A DNA stretch of 64,000 nt. Origin: a bacterium. GTDB taxonomy: Bacteria; RBG-13-61-14; DATKZS01. Positions 16,632 through 26,485 of the stretch are shown piece by piece. Below the pieces are notes generated by a model. The model saw nothing but the letters and a program-made list of their open reading frames with translations. It was not told where the DNA came from and searched no databases. Every line of letters starts with the position of its first letter. Position 1 is the stretch's first letter. Made by a program: the position numbers and the translations under genes. Where the stretch lies: positions 544,001 to 608,000 of the forward strand of contig CAXXFL010000005.1 in NCBI GenBank assembly GCA_963674965.2, written 5' to 3'.

Positions 16632-19376
16632 TCAGGTGGGGGTGATGATGTAGTCGGGCATGGTGGTGCGGGTGATCTCGGAGATGGTGGTGATGCCCTG
16701 TCTGACTTTCTCGAGGCCGGTCTGCCGCATGGTGCGCATGCCCTGGCGCATGGCCTCGTGCTTGAGCTCGGTGGGGGTGGCTCCGGCCAGGATGTACTCG
16801 CCCAGGGTCCCCCTCAGCACCATCACCTCGTAAAGGCCGTAGCGGCCCTTGAAGCCGCGGTCCATGCAGGAGGGGCACCCGACCTCGCGGTAGGCCACGA
16901 AGTCCTCGATCTCCTCCTCGGGCACGCCCACGCTGAGAAGGGTCTTGTGGTCTATTTCCTCGATGGCCTTGCAGTTGTCGCAGAGCTTTCTCACCAGCCT
17001 CTGGCTGGCCACGCCGTTCAGGGAGGCGGTGATGAGGAAGGGCTCGACGCCCATGTTCAAAAGGCGGTTGACGGTGCTGGGCGCGTCGTTGGTATGGACG
17101 GTCGAGAGGACGACGTGTCCGGTAAGGGCGGCCTTGACCGCTATCTCGGCGGTCTCGAAGTCCCGGATTTCCCCGACCATGATGGTGTCGGGGTCCTGTC
17201 GGAGGAAGGAGCGGAGGGTGTAGGCGAAGTTGAGCCCGATCTCGTCCTGCATCTGGACCTGGTTGATCCCCTCGAGGTAATACTCGATGGGGTCCTCGGC
17301 GGTGGAGATGTTGTCCGATATCTTGTTCAGCTCGATGAGGGCCGAGTAAAGGGTGGTGGTCTTTCCGCAGCCGGAGGGCCCGGTGACCAGGACCATGCCG
17401 TAGGGCTGGTGGATGGCCCACCTGAAGTCGTCGAGTTGTCCCTCCTCCATGCCCAGGACCGTAAGGTCCAGCTGGAGGCTTTCCTTGTCCAGGATGCGGA
17501 GCACCAGCTTCTCGCCCCACAGGGTGGGAAGGGTGCTGACGCGGAAGTCGATCTTCTTCTTGCCCACCTTGAGGGAGATGCGCCCGTCCTGGGGCAGCCG
17601 GCGCTCGGAGATGTCGAGCTTGGACATGATCTTGATCCTGGACACGACCGACACCCTGAGCTTGTAGGGGGGGCTGAGGATATGGTAGAGCACGCCGTCG
17701 ATCCGGTAGCGTATCCTGAAGGCGCTCTCGTAGGGCTCGAAGTGAATGTCCGAGGCCCCCTTGGCGATGGCGTCGAGAAGCACCTGGTTGACCAGCTTGA
17801 CCACGGGCGCGGCCTCGCCTTCCCGTTCCGCCGTCATCAGGTCGAAGTCGTCCTCGAAGTTGGCCGTCTCGATCTCGGAGTCGTCGAAACCGGCCATCAC
17901 CTCGTCGAGCATGTCCCCCGAGTCGTGGTACTGGCCCAGGGCCTCCATGATGTCGCGCTCGGTGGCGACCACGGTCTCGACGTTGTACTCGGTGAGGAAC
18001 TTGATCTCGTCGATGGCCTCGATGTTGCTCGGGTCGGCCATGGCCACCACCAGGGTCTTGCCCGCGTGGTTGATGGGTATGGCCCGGTATTTTTTGGCCA
18101 GTTCCTCGGGGAGGATGCTGACCACGTCCTGGTCCAGCTCGAGGTCGGCCAGCTTGACCGCCGGCACCTTGAAGTGTTCGCTGAGGAAGCCGTGCAGCTC
18201 CTCGTCGTTGATGGCTCCCGACTCGACCAGGCTGTTGAGGAAACTCTGTCCCTTCTCCCGCATCTGGGAGAAGGTCGCCTGGAGCTGGTTGCCGTCGATC
18301 ACCTTGTTCTCGAGCAGGAGCTCTCCGATCCTGGCCGCCCCGGTCCCTCCCTTCACGCTGAGCAGCGCCTCGACGGCCTCGCGCTTGTGCTCGATGAGGA
18401 TGTCCGAGACCCGGCTGACCTCGATCTCGGCCGAGGTCTCCTGGTACTTGACCATCTCGCCCTTGCCCGCGGCCTCCTCCTCGGCGATCCGCTGGGAAAG
18501 GTAGTCCGTCACCGCCCCGGCGAAGTCCCCCTCCCCGTCCGCGAACACGGGGCCCTCGTCGTCGTCCTCGTCTATCTCGATGGCCTTGCTCTTGCGGCGC
18601 ACGGTCTTGGCCTCCTCCACCTTGACCGACTTGAGCCCGCCGGCCTCGGCCACCTCGAGGACGCCGCCCACCAGCAGGGTGTACACCACCTGCAGGGTCC
18701 GGGTAAGGCCCAGGCCGCTCGAGCCGATCACGCTCGAGAAGGGCTTGCCGTCCGCCACGTTCCTGGCCAGCTCGACCTCCTCGGGAAGCAGCCTGTAGTT
18801 GTCGATCTTTTTCTCGAACTCCCTCGAGAGCTTGATCCCCTTCTCGCGCAGGTGCTCGAACTCGGACTCGAGGTAGGCCAGGTCGAAGTATTCCGACACG
18901 CCCTGGTAGAGTATCCACTCGGGGTTGACCTTGTACATGGGCACGTCGTGGCTGAACTTGGCCACGCTCTCTTCCTTGAACTCGAACAGGCCCGACTTGT
19001 ACTCGAAGCAGTTGACGATCTTGATCTCGGTCTGATAGACGAGGACCTCGTGGAGCTTTTGCTTGTCGACCCATTTCCTTTCCACCACCACCTGGCCCAG
19101 TTGTTTCTGGGTAAGGGCTATCTCGTCGATGGCCTCCTCGAGCTGGTCGTCGGTGATAAGTCCCTTGCGCAAAAGTATCTGGCCCAGGCTTTCAGTGAGA
19201 GGACCGAACTTGACGAAGCTCGAGTCGCCACCCAGGAAGAAGACGCGCTTTCGCACCAGCCCGTCCTTTTCCTCGATCAGGTCCAGAACGCCGGTGCGGG
19301 CCTCTCCCGCGATGGCGTAATACACCTTGGCGAACGAGTAATCTCGAAGATTTCCCTTTTTTATCGGGTCCGGCAT
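16632..19376 (-). CDS. pilB: Type IV pilus assembly ATPase PilB with an extra N-terminal DUF4388-like domain
   Basis: ASDIHFEP, GPSGCGKTT, LRQDPD..MVGEIRD, GHVVLSTVHTN and CDNC/CPSC motifs; MshEN-like segment; ~300-aa N-terminal extension. Confidence 0.9.
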   Translation of the reverse strand: MPDPIKKGNLRDYSFAKVYYAIAGEARTGVLDLIEEKDGLVRKRVFFLGGDSSFVKFGPLTESLGQILLRKGLITDDQLEEAIDEIALTQKQLGQVVVERKWVDKQKLHEVLVYQTEIKIVNCFEYKSGLFEFKEESVAKFSHDVPMYKVNPEWILYQGVSEYFDLAYLESEFEHLREKGIKLSREFEKKIDNYRLLPEEVELARNVADGKPFSSVIGSSGLGLTRTLQVVYTLLVGGVLEVAEAGGLKSVKVEEAKTVRRKSKAIEIDEDDDEGPVFADGEGDFAGAVTDYLSQRIAEEEAAGKGEMVKYQETSAEIEVSRVSDILIEHKREAVEALLSVKGGTGAARIGELLLENKVIDGNQLQATFSQMREKGQSFLNSLVESGAINDEELHGFLSEHFKVPAVKLADLELDQDVVSILPEELAKKYRAIPINHAGKTLVVAMADPSNIEAIDEIKFLTEYNVETVVATERDIMEALGQYHDSGDMLDEVMAGFDDSEIETANFEDDFDLMTAEREGEAAPVVKLVNQVLLDAIAKGASDIHFEPYESAFRIRYRIDGVLYHILSPPYKLRVSVVSRIKIMSKLDISERRLPQDGRISLKVGKKKIDFRVSTLPTLWGEKLVLRILDKESLQLDLTVLGMEEGQLDDFRWAIHQPYGMVLVTGPSGCGKTTTLYSALIELNKISDNISTAEDPIEYYLEGINQVQMQDEIGLNFAYTLRSFLRQDPDTIMVGEIRDFETAEIAVKAALTGHVVLSTVHTNDAPSTVNRLLNMGVEPFLITASLNGVASQRLVRKLCDNCKAIEEIDHKTLLSVGVPEEEIEDFVAYREVGCPSCMDRGFKGRYGLYEVMVLRGTLGEYILAGATPTELKHEAMRQGMRTMRQTGLEKVRQGITTISEITRTTMPDYIITPT

Positions 19377-19509
19377 TTACTAACTCTCATGATGAACGGT
19401 AAACTGCCAACCGCGCCGGCCGGCGGGGGAAAGTGCCTGGAATCATACACGACTATCAAAAATAGCACCGCCATGGTGAGCCGTCAAGGACTTGGCCCCG
19501 CTTCCCTTC

Positions 19510-20418
19510 TCAAAAAAGCGCGGCCGCGGCCAATCCCTGGTTGTCCGGCTCGAGTATTTTCATCTCCAGTCCGCTTCCCTCCCACTGGAAGGCGTCCTCC
19601 ATGGCCCGGGCGACCCCGGCCGACAGGGACGCCTCGCACAAGGCTATCACGCTCGAGCCGGCGCCGGAAAGAAAGCCACCCAAGGCCCCCGCCTCGACCG
19701 CGGCCTTTATCACGTCCTCCAGGTAAGGGGCCAGCGACTTGCGATAGGGCTGATGTATCCTGTCCTCGAAGGCCCCTTTTAATACCTCGGGCTCGTCCCG
19801 CGTGAGACCGTGGACGAGCCAGATGGCCCTTTGCATGTTGAAGACGGCGTCCTCCCTTTTCACCGCCTCGGGCAGGGCCCTCCTGGCCTCGGCCGTGGAC
19901 AGCTCCCTCTCGGGGACCAGGGCGACCAGGCGGTAGCGGGAGGGCGTCTTGAATCTTAACGCCCTGGCCTTTCCCATATACCATCCCGAGACCGTCAGCC
20001 CTCCGAGCACGCAGGGAGCCGCGTTGTCCGTGTGCCGCTCGAGGCCGGAGGTGAGGTCGAACAGCTCGTCCCGGGAAAGGGGCCGGTCCCAAAGGGCGTT
20101 GGCCGAGGCCATGGCCGCGGCGCGGTAGGCGGCCGAGCTGCCCAGGCCCCGGGCGAGGGGCACGTCTCCCTTGAAGACCGCCCGAAAGCCGGCGGCCTTG
20201 CGGCCCGCTCTTTTTTCCAAGGCGCCGATCGCCTCGAGGCAGAGGTCCGTAAGGCCCCCGGTCCAGGCGGGGGCGGCGTCGGGGAACTCGAGGACCGCCC
20301 CTGACCCTGTCCTCTCGACGCGGACCTCGAGATATATGGACAGGGCCATGCCAATGACGTCGAAACCCGGTCCCAGGTTCGAGGTGGACGCCGGTACCCT
20401 GATGATCGCTTTTTCCAT
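19510..20418 (-). CDS. thrB: Homoserine kinase
   Basis: VPASTSNLGPGFD, PLARGLGSSAA, HQPYR and LSGAGSS motifs. Confidence 0.93.
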   Translation of the reverse strand: MEKAIIRVPASTSNLGPGFDVIGMALSIYLEVRVERTGSGAVLEFPDAAPAWTGGLTDLCLEAIGALEKRAGRKAAGFRAVFKGDVPLARGLGSSAAYRAAAMASANALWDRPLSRDELFDLTSGLERHTDNAAPCVLGGLTVSGWYMGKARALRFKTPSRYRLVALVPERELSTAEARRALPEAVKREDAVFNMQRAIWLVHGLTRDEPEVLKGAFEDRIHQPYRKSLAPYLEDVIKAAVEAGALGGFLSGAGSSVIALCEASLSAGVARAMEDAFQWEGSGLEMKILEPDNQGLAAAALF

Positions 20419-20493
20419 TCGATCGTCCTTCAGGAAATCCTGGACATAAAACCGCCCTCCATTGAAAATGGGGTGGGCGGCAAATGGAACGAA

Positions 20494-21201
20494 TTACTTC
20501 GTCAGCTTGAATTCTTCCAGATATTCCTTGGGATTGATTATACCCTTTTTCGCCAGCAGTTTCAGAAGGGCCTTAAGTTCCCTGGTAAGCGCCGGCTTGT
20601 CCTCGCCGTTGGCCTGGGAGGGGTCCACTTCATCGGCCGGCGTCACCATCAACTCGGGGGCCGAAACCTCGTGCTCGACCGTCTCGGACACGTCGATGGC
20701 CATGTTTCCAGGTCCCAATTCCGGGTCCTTTTGCATGCGGTACGATCCGGCGCCGTGGCGGTCGTAGAAATAATCGTTGATAACGTACCTGATGGTGCTT
20801 TCCAGGGCCAGGGCCGGCTCGACCTTGTAGCCGGTGAGGAACCTGATTTCGTCCTGGACCGCCACGTTGGTGGGATCGGACATGGCCAGCACCAGGATGT
20901 TTCCCTTGGGGGTCCTTTTGAGGGCGATGGGAAAAACGCCGTGCTCGTTGGCCGTCTCGAGGGGAACTATTCGAATGACCTCCTCGGGGATGGTGCTTCT
21001 CGAGAAGTCCACCGCCGGTATGCCAAGCTGGGAGGTAAGGGCCCGGATATAGGTCTGCTCCGTAATGAAACGGCGGTCAAGAAGGATGTTACCCAACTTG
21101 CCGCCGTAATTCCTCTGGTCATCCAGGGCATCCGAGAGTTGCCTCGGCGTAATCGCCTTCGCCTCAACTAGTATTTCGCCAAGCCGCTTTTTTCTTTTCA
21201 T
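20494..21201 (-). CDS. MshEN/T2SSE_N (GspE N-terminal) domain protein without ATPase domain
   Basis: RLGEILV...L..AL..Q...G.KLG.IL motif; LAMSDP. Confidence 0.82.
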   Translation of the reverse strand: MKRKKRLGEILVEAKAITPRQLSDALDDQRNYGGKLGNILLDRRFITEQTYIRALTSQLGIPAVDFSRSTIPEEVIRIVPLETANEHGVFPIALKRTPKGNILVLAMSDPTNVAVQDEIRFLTGYKVEPALALESTIRYVINDYFYDRHGAGSYRMQKDPELGPGNMAIDVSETVEHEVSAPELMVTPADEVDPSQANGEDKPALTRELKALLKLLAKKGIINPKEYLEEFKLTK

Positions 21202-21238
21202 CTTCAGCCCGCGGATTTATGGCCTCCGGCCCAGGTGA

Positions 21239-22207
21239 CTATTCCTCGATTTCTTCCTCTAAAGTGCCTCGTCTCCACTGCTGGTAGTGTTTATTGCAAA
21301 AACCTTTGCTGCGGTGCTTGTTGTTGCATCCCTTAACCTTGCATTTCTTGGACGGAGACCTGGGCTTGGCCGCCTTTTTCACGCCCTTCTTTTTGGCGGC
21401 GGCTTTGGGCTTGGGCGTCTTTTTGGCCTCCGCTTTTTTAGGTGGGTCCATCTTGGCCGCCGGCGCCGGTTTTTCCGGCTCCGGCTCGGGTTCAGGCTCC
21501 GGCGAAGCGGCGGGCTCGGGTTTGGCCGCCGGTTTTACTTCAGGCGCCGGCTTGGAAGGCGGGGCCGGTTTGGGCTCGGGCGCCTTCTCCGGTACCGGTT
21601 CCGGTACGGGGGCCGGTTTCATCGCTTCCTTGGCCGGATCGGGTTTGACCGTCTTCTCGGCCGCCGGCTCGGCCTTGGGCTCCCTCTTGTCCTCGGGAGC
21701 GACCGCCCGGGCGGACGCTTCGTCGTTTTTTCTTCTGAGTTCCTCGGCCTCGCGCGAGAGCTTGTCGATGACCCGGTCGATCTCTTGGCGCATCATGGCG
21801 TCGTGGCTTTTCATCTTGAAGCGCCACATCAACCAGATGACGAAAAGCCCCAGGGCCACCACCCAGAAGACGTCCATGGAAAAGGCCGGGTTCCTCAGGG
21901 TCCAACTGAAAGGAGTTTCTCCTAGTCCTCTCTGGTGGAGAAGACGAAGCGACTCGCTGGACTTTCTGGCGGCCGTCAGCCTGGCGCTCGACTGCACCGT
22001 CTCGGCCCGAAGGTTGGCCATGGTCTTTTCCATGGCCAGGACGCGGTTTTGAAGCTCGACTCTTCCCTCGTCGATTCCGTTCACCTGTTTCTGGACCGTG
22101 TCGATATGAAGGGAAGTGAGCTTTCGCTTGTCCTCGTCGGCGTCCGAACAGCAAGCCAGGAAGGAAACAAGAGCGATTAAGGCTGCTATTTTCGAAATAC
22201 TACGCAC
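21239..22207 (-). CDS. Putative lipoprotein: coiled coil, TM helix, Pro/Lys-rich linker, C-terminal Cys/His finger (myxobacterial vegetative-protein-like)
   Basis: Lipobox FLAC-C; TM VFWVVALGLFVIWLMW; CKVKGC...RSKGFCNKHYQQWRR. Confidence 0.7.
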   Translation of the reverse strand: MRSISKIAALIALVSFLACCSDADEDKRKLTSLHIDTVQKQVNGIDEGRVELQNRVLAMEKTMANLRAETVQSSARLTAARKSSESLRLLHQRGLGETPFSWTLRNPAFSMDVFWVVALGLFVIWLMWRFKMKSHDAMMRQEIDRVIDKLSREAEELRRKNDEASARAVAPEDKREPKAEPAAEKTVKPDPAKEAMKPAPVPEPVPEKAPEPKPAPPSKPAPEVKPAAKPEPAASPEPEPEPEPEKPAPAAKMDPPKKAEAKKTPKPKAAAKKKGVKKAAKPRSPSKKCKVKGCNNKHRSKGFCNKHYQQWRRGTLEEEIEE

Positions 22208-22222
22208 CCTTTCCTCCCGGGT

Positions 22223-22654
22223 TCACTCGTTGACGGTGTTCCTGTGACGCATGCGATAGAAGAGCCAGAGCACGAAGATGAAGAAGACCAGCCAGAGAAT
22301 ATTTCCATAGCTCCAGCCCGGGTCCTCCATGACCTCCTCCGCCGGCGAGGGGCCCATGCCGCCCATGTTAAGCTGGCGAAGCGACTTAAGAGAAACGTTG
22401 GCCGCGTGTATCTTGGGGGATTCCTTGTCAAGCTCCTCCTGCATCGCCTGAAGCTGAGACTGAGTCTCGGCTATCATTTGGCGCATGGCCTCCTGATGCT
22501 TCTCGAGAGCGCCTATTTGTTTTTCCACGTTGGTTATCTCGAGTTGCATCTGCTTTTTAAGCTGCTCGTCCTCGTCGCCGCATCCGACCATAATGATACC
22601 GAGGACCAACGTAAAAACAACGACCCCCAAGCGTTTCATCCAATGCTTCGTCAT
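22223..22654 (-). CDS. Putative lipoprotein: coiled coil and C-terminal TM helix; paralogue of the downstream gene
   Basis: Lipobox MVG-C; heptad-rich segment; TM ILWLVFFIFVLWLFY; AGGAG RBS. Confidence 0.72.
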   Translation of the reverse strand: MTKHWMKRLGVVVFTLVLGIIMVGCGDEDEQLKKQMQLEITNVEKQIGALEKHQEAMRQMIAETQSQLQAMQEELDKESPKIHAANVSLKSLRQLNMGGMGPSPAEEVMEDPGWSYGNILWLVFFIFVLWLFYRMRHRNTVNE

Positions 22655-22723
22655 AGCTGTCTAACTCTCCTTTCAAAGGTTGTACGTGAATTGCGAACCC
22701 GGCCAAACCCTAGATGGGTTTCC

Positions 22724-22752
22724 TTTATACTAGAATATAAGCCCTTAGTCAA
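22724..22752 (-). promoter_or_regulatory. sigma70 promoter
   Basis: Minus strand TTGACT-N17-TATAAA upstream of 22654. Confidence 0.6.
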
Positions 22753-23051
22753 CCCGATTCTCAAGATACTTTAGACGTTTTGGAGCGTTTCGCAACCAAA
22801 AAATTTCAGCCTTCTCCGGAAACAGATTTAACCCGCTGAATAATAACGAGCAAATGGAGGGAAAATTTTCCGGCTTTCCCCCTTCTGACTCATCCTTGCC
22901 CTTCCGGCCTTTAAGCCTATCTTGATTCGCCTTAACGGTATTTTGCGCCAGTGAGCCCCAAATTGGAAATCTCCTTGGTCAAGACGATTTATATTGCCAT
23001 TGCTTCATTATTATATATACCAACAGGAAACCGGTTGCCGCTCCTTATGGA

Positions 23052-23996
23052 CTAAATCCATGGCAATTTGTCCAGGTCCACGTTCCCGCCGGACAATATG
23101 ATTCCGACGCGCTTGCCCTTGAAAAACTCCGGCCTCTGGATTGCGGCCCCGAGGGGAACGGCGGCGGACGGCTCGATCACGATCTTGGCCCTTTCCCAGG
23201 TGAGCTTCATGGCGGCGACGATGTTTTTTTCGCTTACGGTCAGGATATCGTGAACCCTCTCCATGATGATGGGAAAGGTAATCGAGCCGAGCGACGTAAG
23301 CAGGCCGTCCGCTATGGTGCGGGGGTTTTGGGAGGGCTCGAGCTTTCCGGACTTGAAGGAGCGATGGGCGTCGGGGGCCCCCTCCGGCTCGGCCCCGATC
23401 ACCTTAACCGCCGGCGCCAGGTGGGCCGCGGCCAGGGCGGTCCCGCTCAGTAAACCGCCGCCCCCGACGGGCGCCACGATGAAATCGAGGTCAGGCGTCT
23501 CCCGGATCAATTCCATGGCCGCCGTGGCCTGGCCGGCGATGACGCGCTCGTCGTTGTAAGGATGGACGAAGGCGGCTCCCGTTTGCTCGACCACCCGGGC
23601 CAGGGTCTCCTCCCTGGCGCTCAGGGTGGGCTCGCAAAAGACCACTTGGCCGCCGTAGCCCTTGACCGCGCTTACCTTCACCAGGGGAGCGTTGTCGGGC
23701 ATGACGATATGGGCGGCCACTCCCCGGTCGCGGGCCGCCAGGGCCAGGGCCTGGGCGTGGTTGCCGGAGGAATGGGTGGCCACCCCCCTCTCGGCCTCGA
23801 GGTCGGTCAGGGAGAAAACCGCGTTGGCGGCGCCCCGGGCCTTGAAGGCCCCCACCTTCTGGAAGTTCTCGCACTTGAAGAAGAACCTCGCCCCCACCGC
23901 CTGGTCTATGCTCGAGCAAGTCATCACCGGCGTCCGCCGGATATAAGGCTCGACGCGGGCCGCCGCCGCCCGGATATCGTCAATGGTTATGGCCAT
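23052..23996 (-). CDS. PLP-dependent serine racemase / serine-threonine dehydratase
   Basis: FKCENFQKVGAFKARGA, THSSGNHAQ, PVGGGGL and LSGGN motifs; GGAGAGGAG RBS. Confidence 0.9.
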   Translation of the reverse strand: MAITIDDIRAAAARVEPYIRRTPVMTCSSIDQAVGARFFFKCENFQKVGAFKARGAANAVFSLTDLEAERGVATHSSGNHAQALALAARDRGVAAHIVMPDNAPLVKVSAVKGYGGQVVFCEPTLSAREETLARVVEQTGAAFVHPYNDERVIAGQATAAMELIRETPDLDFIVAPVGGGGLLSGTALAAAHLAPAVKVIGAEPEGAPDAHRSFKSGKLEPSQNPRTIADGLLTSLGSITFPIIMERVHDILTVSEKNIVAAMKLTWERAKIVIEPSAAVPLGAAIQRPEFFKGKRVGIILSGGNVDLDKLPWI

Positions 23997-24256
23997 GCCG
24001 TCTCCTCTCCACGACCTACAAAGTCCCAGCATTCGCGGGCCGTGTCAACCCCTCTTCCAGGCCGGCCATCGGCCTCGCCGGGAAATCCAGAATCGGTCCT
24101 CGATTTATCGGGGCAAAAATGCGAAACTAATCCGCGCCGGGCAAGATACGCCGACCGGCCTTGTTTGGGAGCGCCCGTTGCCATGGCGTTCGGGCCAGGC
24201 CGGGCGAAAAAACCAGGGCCGCTTTCGGCGTCCACCGGACTCGAGGAGGAGACGAC

Positions 24257-25402
24257 ATGGCCGATTGGCTTTTCAACGAGGAACACGACTTGCTGAGGGG
24301 GGCTTTGCGGCGCTTCGTGGAAAAGGAGATTCGGCCCCACGCCGAGGAATGGGAGGAGGCGGGCGAGTTCCCCCTCGAGCTTTACCGGAAGATGGGCGCC
24401 CTCGGCTACCTGGGGGTGAACCTGCCCGAGGAGTGGGGCGGAGCGGGCGGGGATTTCCTCCACTCCATCATCCTCTCCGAGGAGATGGCGGCCGGGGGGT
24501 CGGGAGGCACCACCGCCGGCGTTACCATGCACGCCGTCATCGCCATGCCCGCCCTCAACCGCTTCGGAACGCCCGAGCAAAAGGAAAAATTCCTCGCCCC
24601 CGGCATCAAAGGCGAGAAGGTCTTCGCCCTGGCCGTGACCGAGCCCGACGCGGGAAGCGACGTGGCGGGCATACGGACCAGGGCGGTCCGGGATGGCGGC
24701 GAGTACGTCATCAACGGCTCGAAGACCTTCATCACCAACGGGGTAAGGGCCGACGTCTACGTCGTGGCCTGCAAGACCGACCCGGAAAAGGGCGCTCGCG
24801 GCATCTCCCAGATACTGGTGGAAAAGGGCACGCCCGGCTTTCGCGTGACCCGGAAATTGGACAAGCTGGGATGGCGCTCCTCGGACACGGCCGAGCTTGC
24901 CCTCGAGGACGTGCGCGTTCCCGTCTCGAACCTCATGGGCCGGGAGGACCGGGGCTTTTACCAGATCATGCAGGGTTTCCAGGAGGAAAGGATGATCATG
25001 GCCGTTGCCAGCGCCGCGGCGGCCAGGCAGTGTTTCGAGAGGACCCTGAAATACGCCAAGGAGAGGCAAGCCTTCGGCCGGCCCATCGGTTCCTTCCAGG
25101 TCATCGCCCACCGCTTCGCCGAGATGCTCACCGAGATCGAGGCGGCCCAGAGTCTCAACTACGCGACGCTGTGGAAATACCTCAACGGCGTGGACGTCAA
25201 AAAGGAGGTGGCCATGTGCAAGGTCCTCGCCTGCGAGACCGCCGTCAGCGTGGCCGACCGCTGCATCCAGATTCACGGGGGCTACGGCTACATGATGGAG
25301 TACGAGGTCCAGAGGTCCTGGCGGGACCAGCGGATTCAGCCCATCGGCGGCGGGACCTCGGAGATACAAAAGGAAATCATCAGCAAGCTGCTCGGGCTTT
25401 AA
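24257..25402 (+). CDS. Acyl-CoA dehydrogenase
   Basis: AVTEPDAGSD, NGSKTFITNG, RQAFG and QIHGGYGY motifs; GAGGAGGAG RBS. Confidence 0.93.
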   Translation: MADWLFNEEHDLLRGALRRFVEKEIRPHAEEWEEAGEFPLELYRKMGALGYLGVNLPEEWGGAGGDFLHSIILSEEMAAGGSGGTTAGVTMHAVIAMPALNRFGTPEQKEKFLAPGIKGEKVFALAVTEPDAGSDVAGIRTRAVRDGGEYVINGSKTFITNGVRADVYVVACKTDPEKGARGISQILVEKGTPGFRVTRKLDKLGWRSSDTAELALEDVRVPVSNLMGREDRGFYQIMQGFQEERMIMAVASAAAARQCFERTLKYAKERQAFGRPIGSFQVIAHRFAEMLTEIEAAQSLNYATLWKYLNGVDVKKEVAMCKVLACETAVSVADRCIQIHGGYGYMMEYEVQRSWRDQRIQPIGGGTSEIQKEIISKLLGL

Positions 25403-26227
25403 TCCGAGGCCCCGGCCTTGCCCTCCCGGACAAGGGACCACCGGCAGGCCGTCCCGCCTCCACGAAAGGGGAGGCCGCCGGGACGCGCCAGCCGCCAGGG
25501 GGCCGAGCCGGGGGACCCAAAACAAAGGAGCCGGGGACTCGGCGGCGTCCGCGTCTTCTTCTTTAAGGAAAGAGTCCAAAAACTCCTGGCCGGAGTGAAG
25601 CTCGAAAACGAGGGACATGTAAAAGCGCGCCGGGTCGCCGCCGCCGTTCTCGCTCGCCGCCCGGACCGCCTCCGCCAGGCGGCCGGCCCCGAAGCGGGAA
25701 GCCATCTCGGACGCCTCGGTCTCGCTCACTCCCATCTCGAGAAGCTCCCCGATCGTCTCGTCCGGGACCTCCTCCAGCGTGTCGCGCCTTTGGTACAATA
25801 AAGTCTCGAGCAACTCGATAAAATCATCTTCCGAATCGAGGGCGCCCTCTTCCGAATCGGCGCCGGGCGCGAGGCCGGGATCGTCCGTCCACCCGGCCAT
25901 ACCGGTCTCGCGATCGGTCTCGGGTACGGTCTCGAGAGGGCGGGCGCGGGCGACCATGATCCTGCCCGACCGGAGCTCGGAGAGATTGATAAGGCCATGA
26001 TCGCCAAGGACGCGGGCCACGCGCTTGAACTTCACCGTCGATAGGCCGCACCTTCTCGCCCACTCGCCCGCGGGCAGGGTCAGGATCGAGTCCACTCCCC
26101 CGGCGCTCCTCGCCAGTATCTCGAGGACCATGAAATAAAGGCCGTAGCCCTCGAGGCCCCGCTCCTCCATCACCGCCCTCATGGCCTCGCTCCGGCCCGC
26201 CTCCGCCTCATGCTTGAACCATCTCAT
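25399..26227 (-). CDS. Replication-initiator-like protein (Lin1244/DUF4373-like N-terminus, wHTH); 3' end uncertain
   Basis: MRWFKH...GLEGYGLYF..LE motif; AGGAGGAG RBS; no in-frame stop until 23987; a +1-frame TAA lies at 25399-25401. Confidence 0.55.
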
Positions 26228-26485
26228 CGTCTCCTCCTTGCAATGTCCCTCTATATATGGCGAAACGGGCGCGTTTTTGTGGACCGCTACTTGACGAAAA
26301 GCGAATAATCAAGGCCCCGGCCCGTATGCAAAACGGGATTCATCAAATATTCCAAGAGGTAAGAGCGGCGGCGAAAAAAATTGCCGCCCCCCGCCCGGCG
26401 AAATGAAATCGAGCGTGGGTTGACGGAAAAGGGGGCGTCCTCGGCGATAGCGTCTCGCATCTCATGGCAAAGAATCCGACCGGTT

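Noticed and set aside
16617-19805. 1062-aa plus-strand ORF and similar long shadow ORFs (233-2077, 32301-34001, 42974-44836, 47790-49853)
   Set aside because: They lie antisense to well-supported genes, as expected from high-GC codon bias.
22655-22723. c-di-GMP riboswitch in the leader of the lipoprotein/pilus cluster
   Set aside because: Only a short hairpin is present; the conserved GEMM motifs are not seen.
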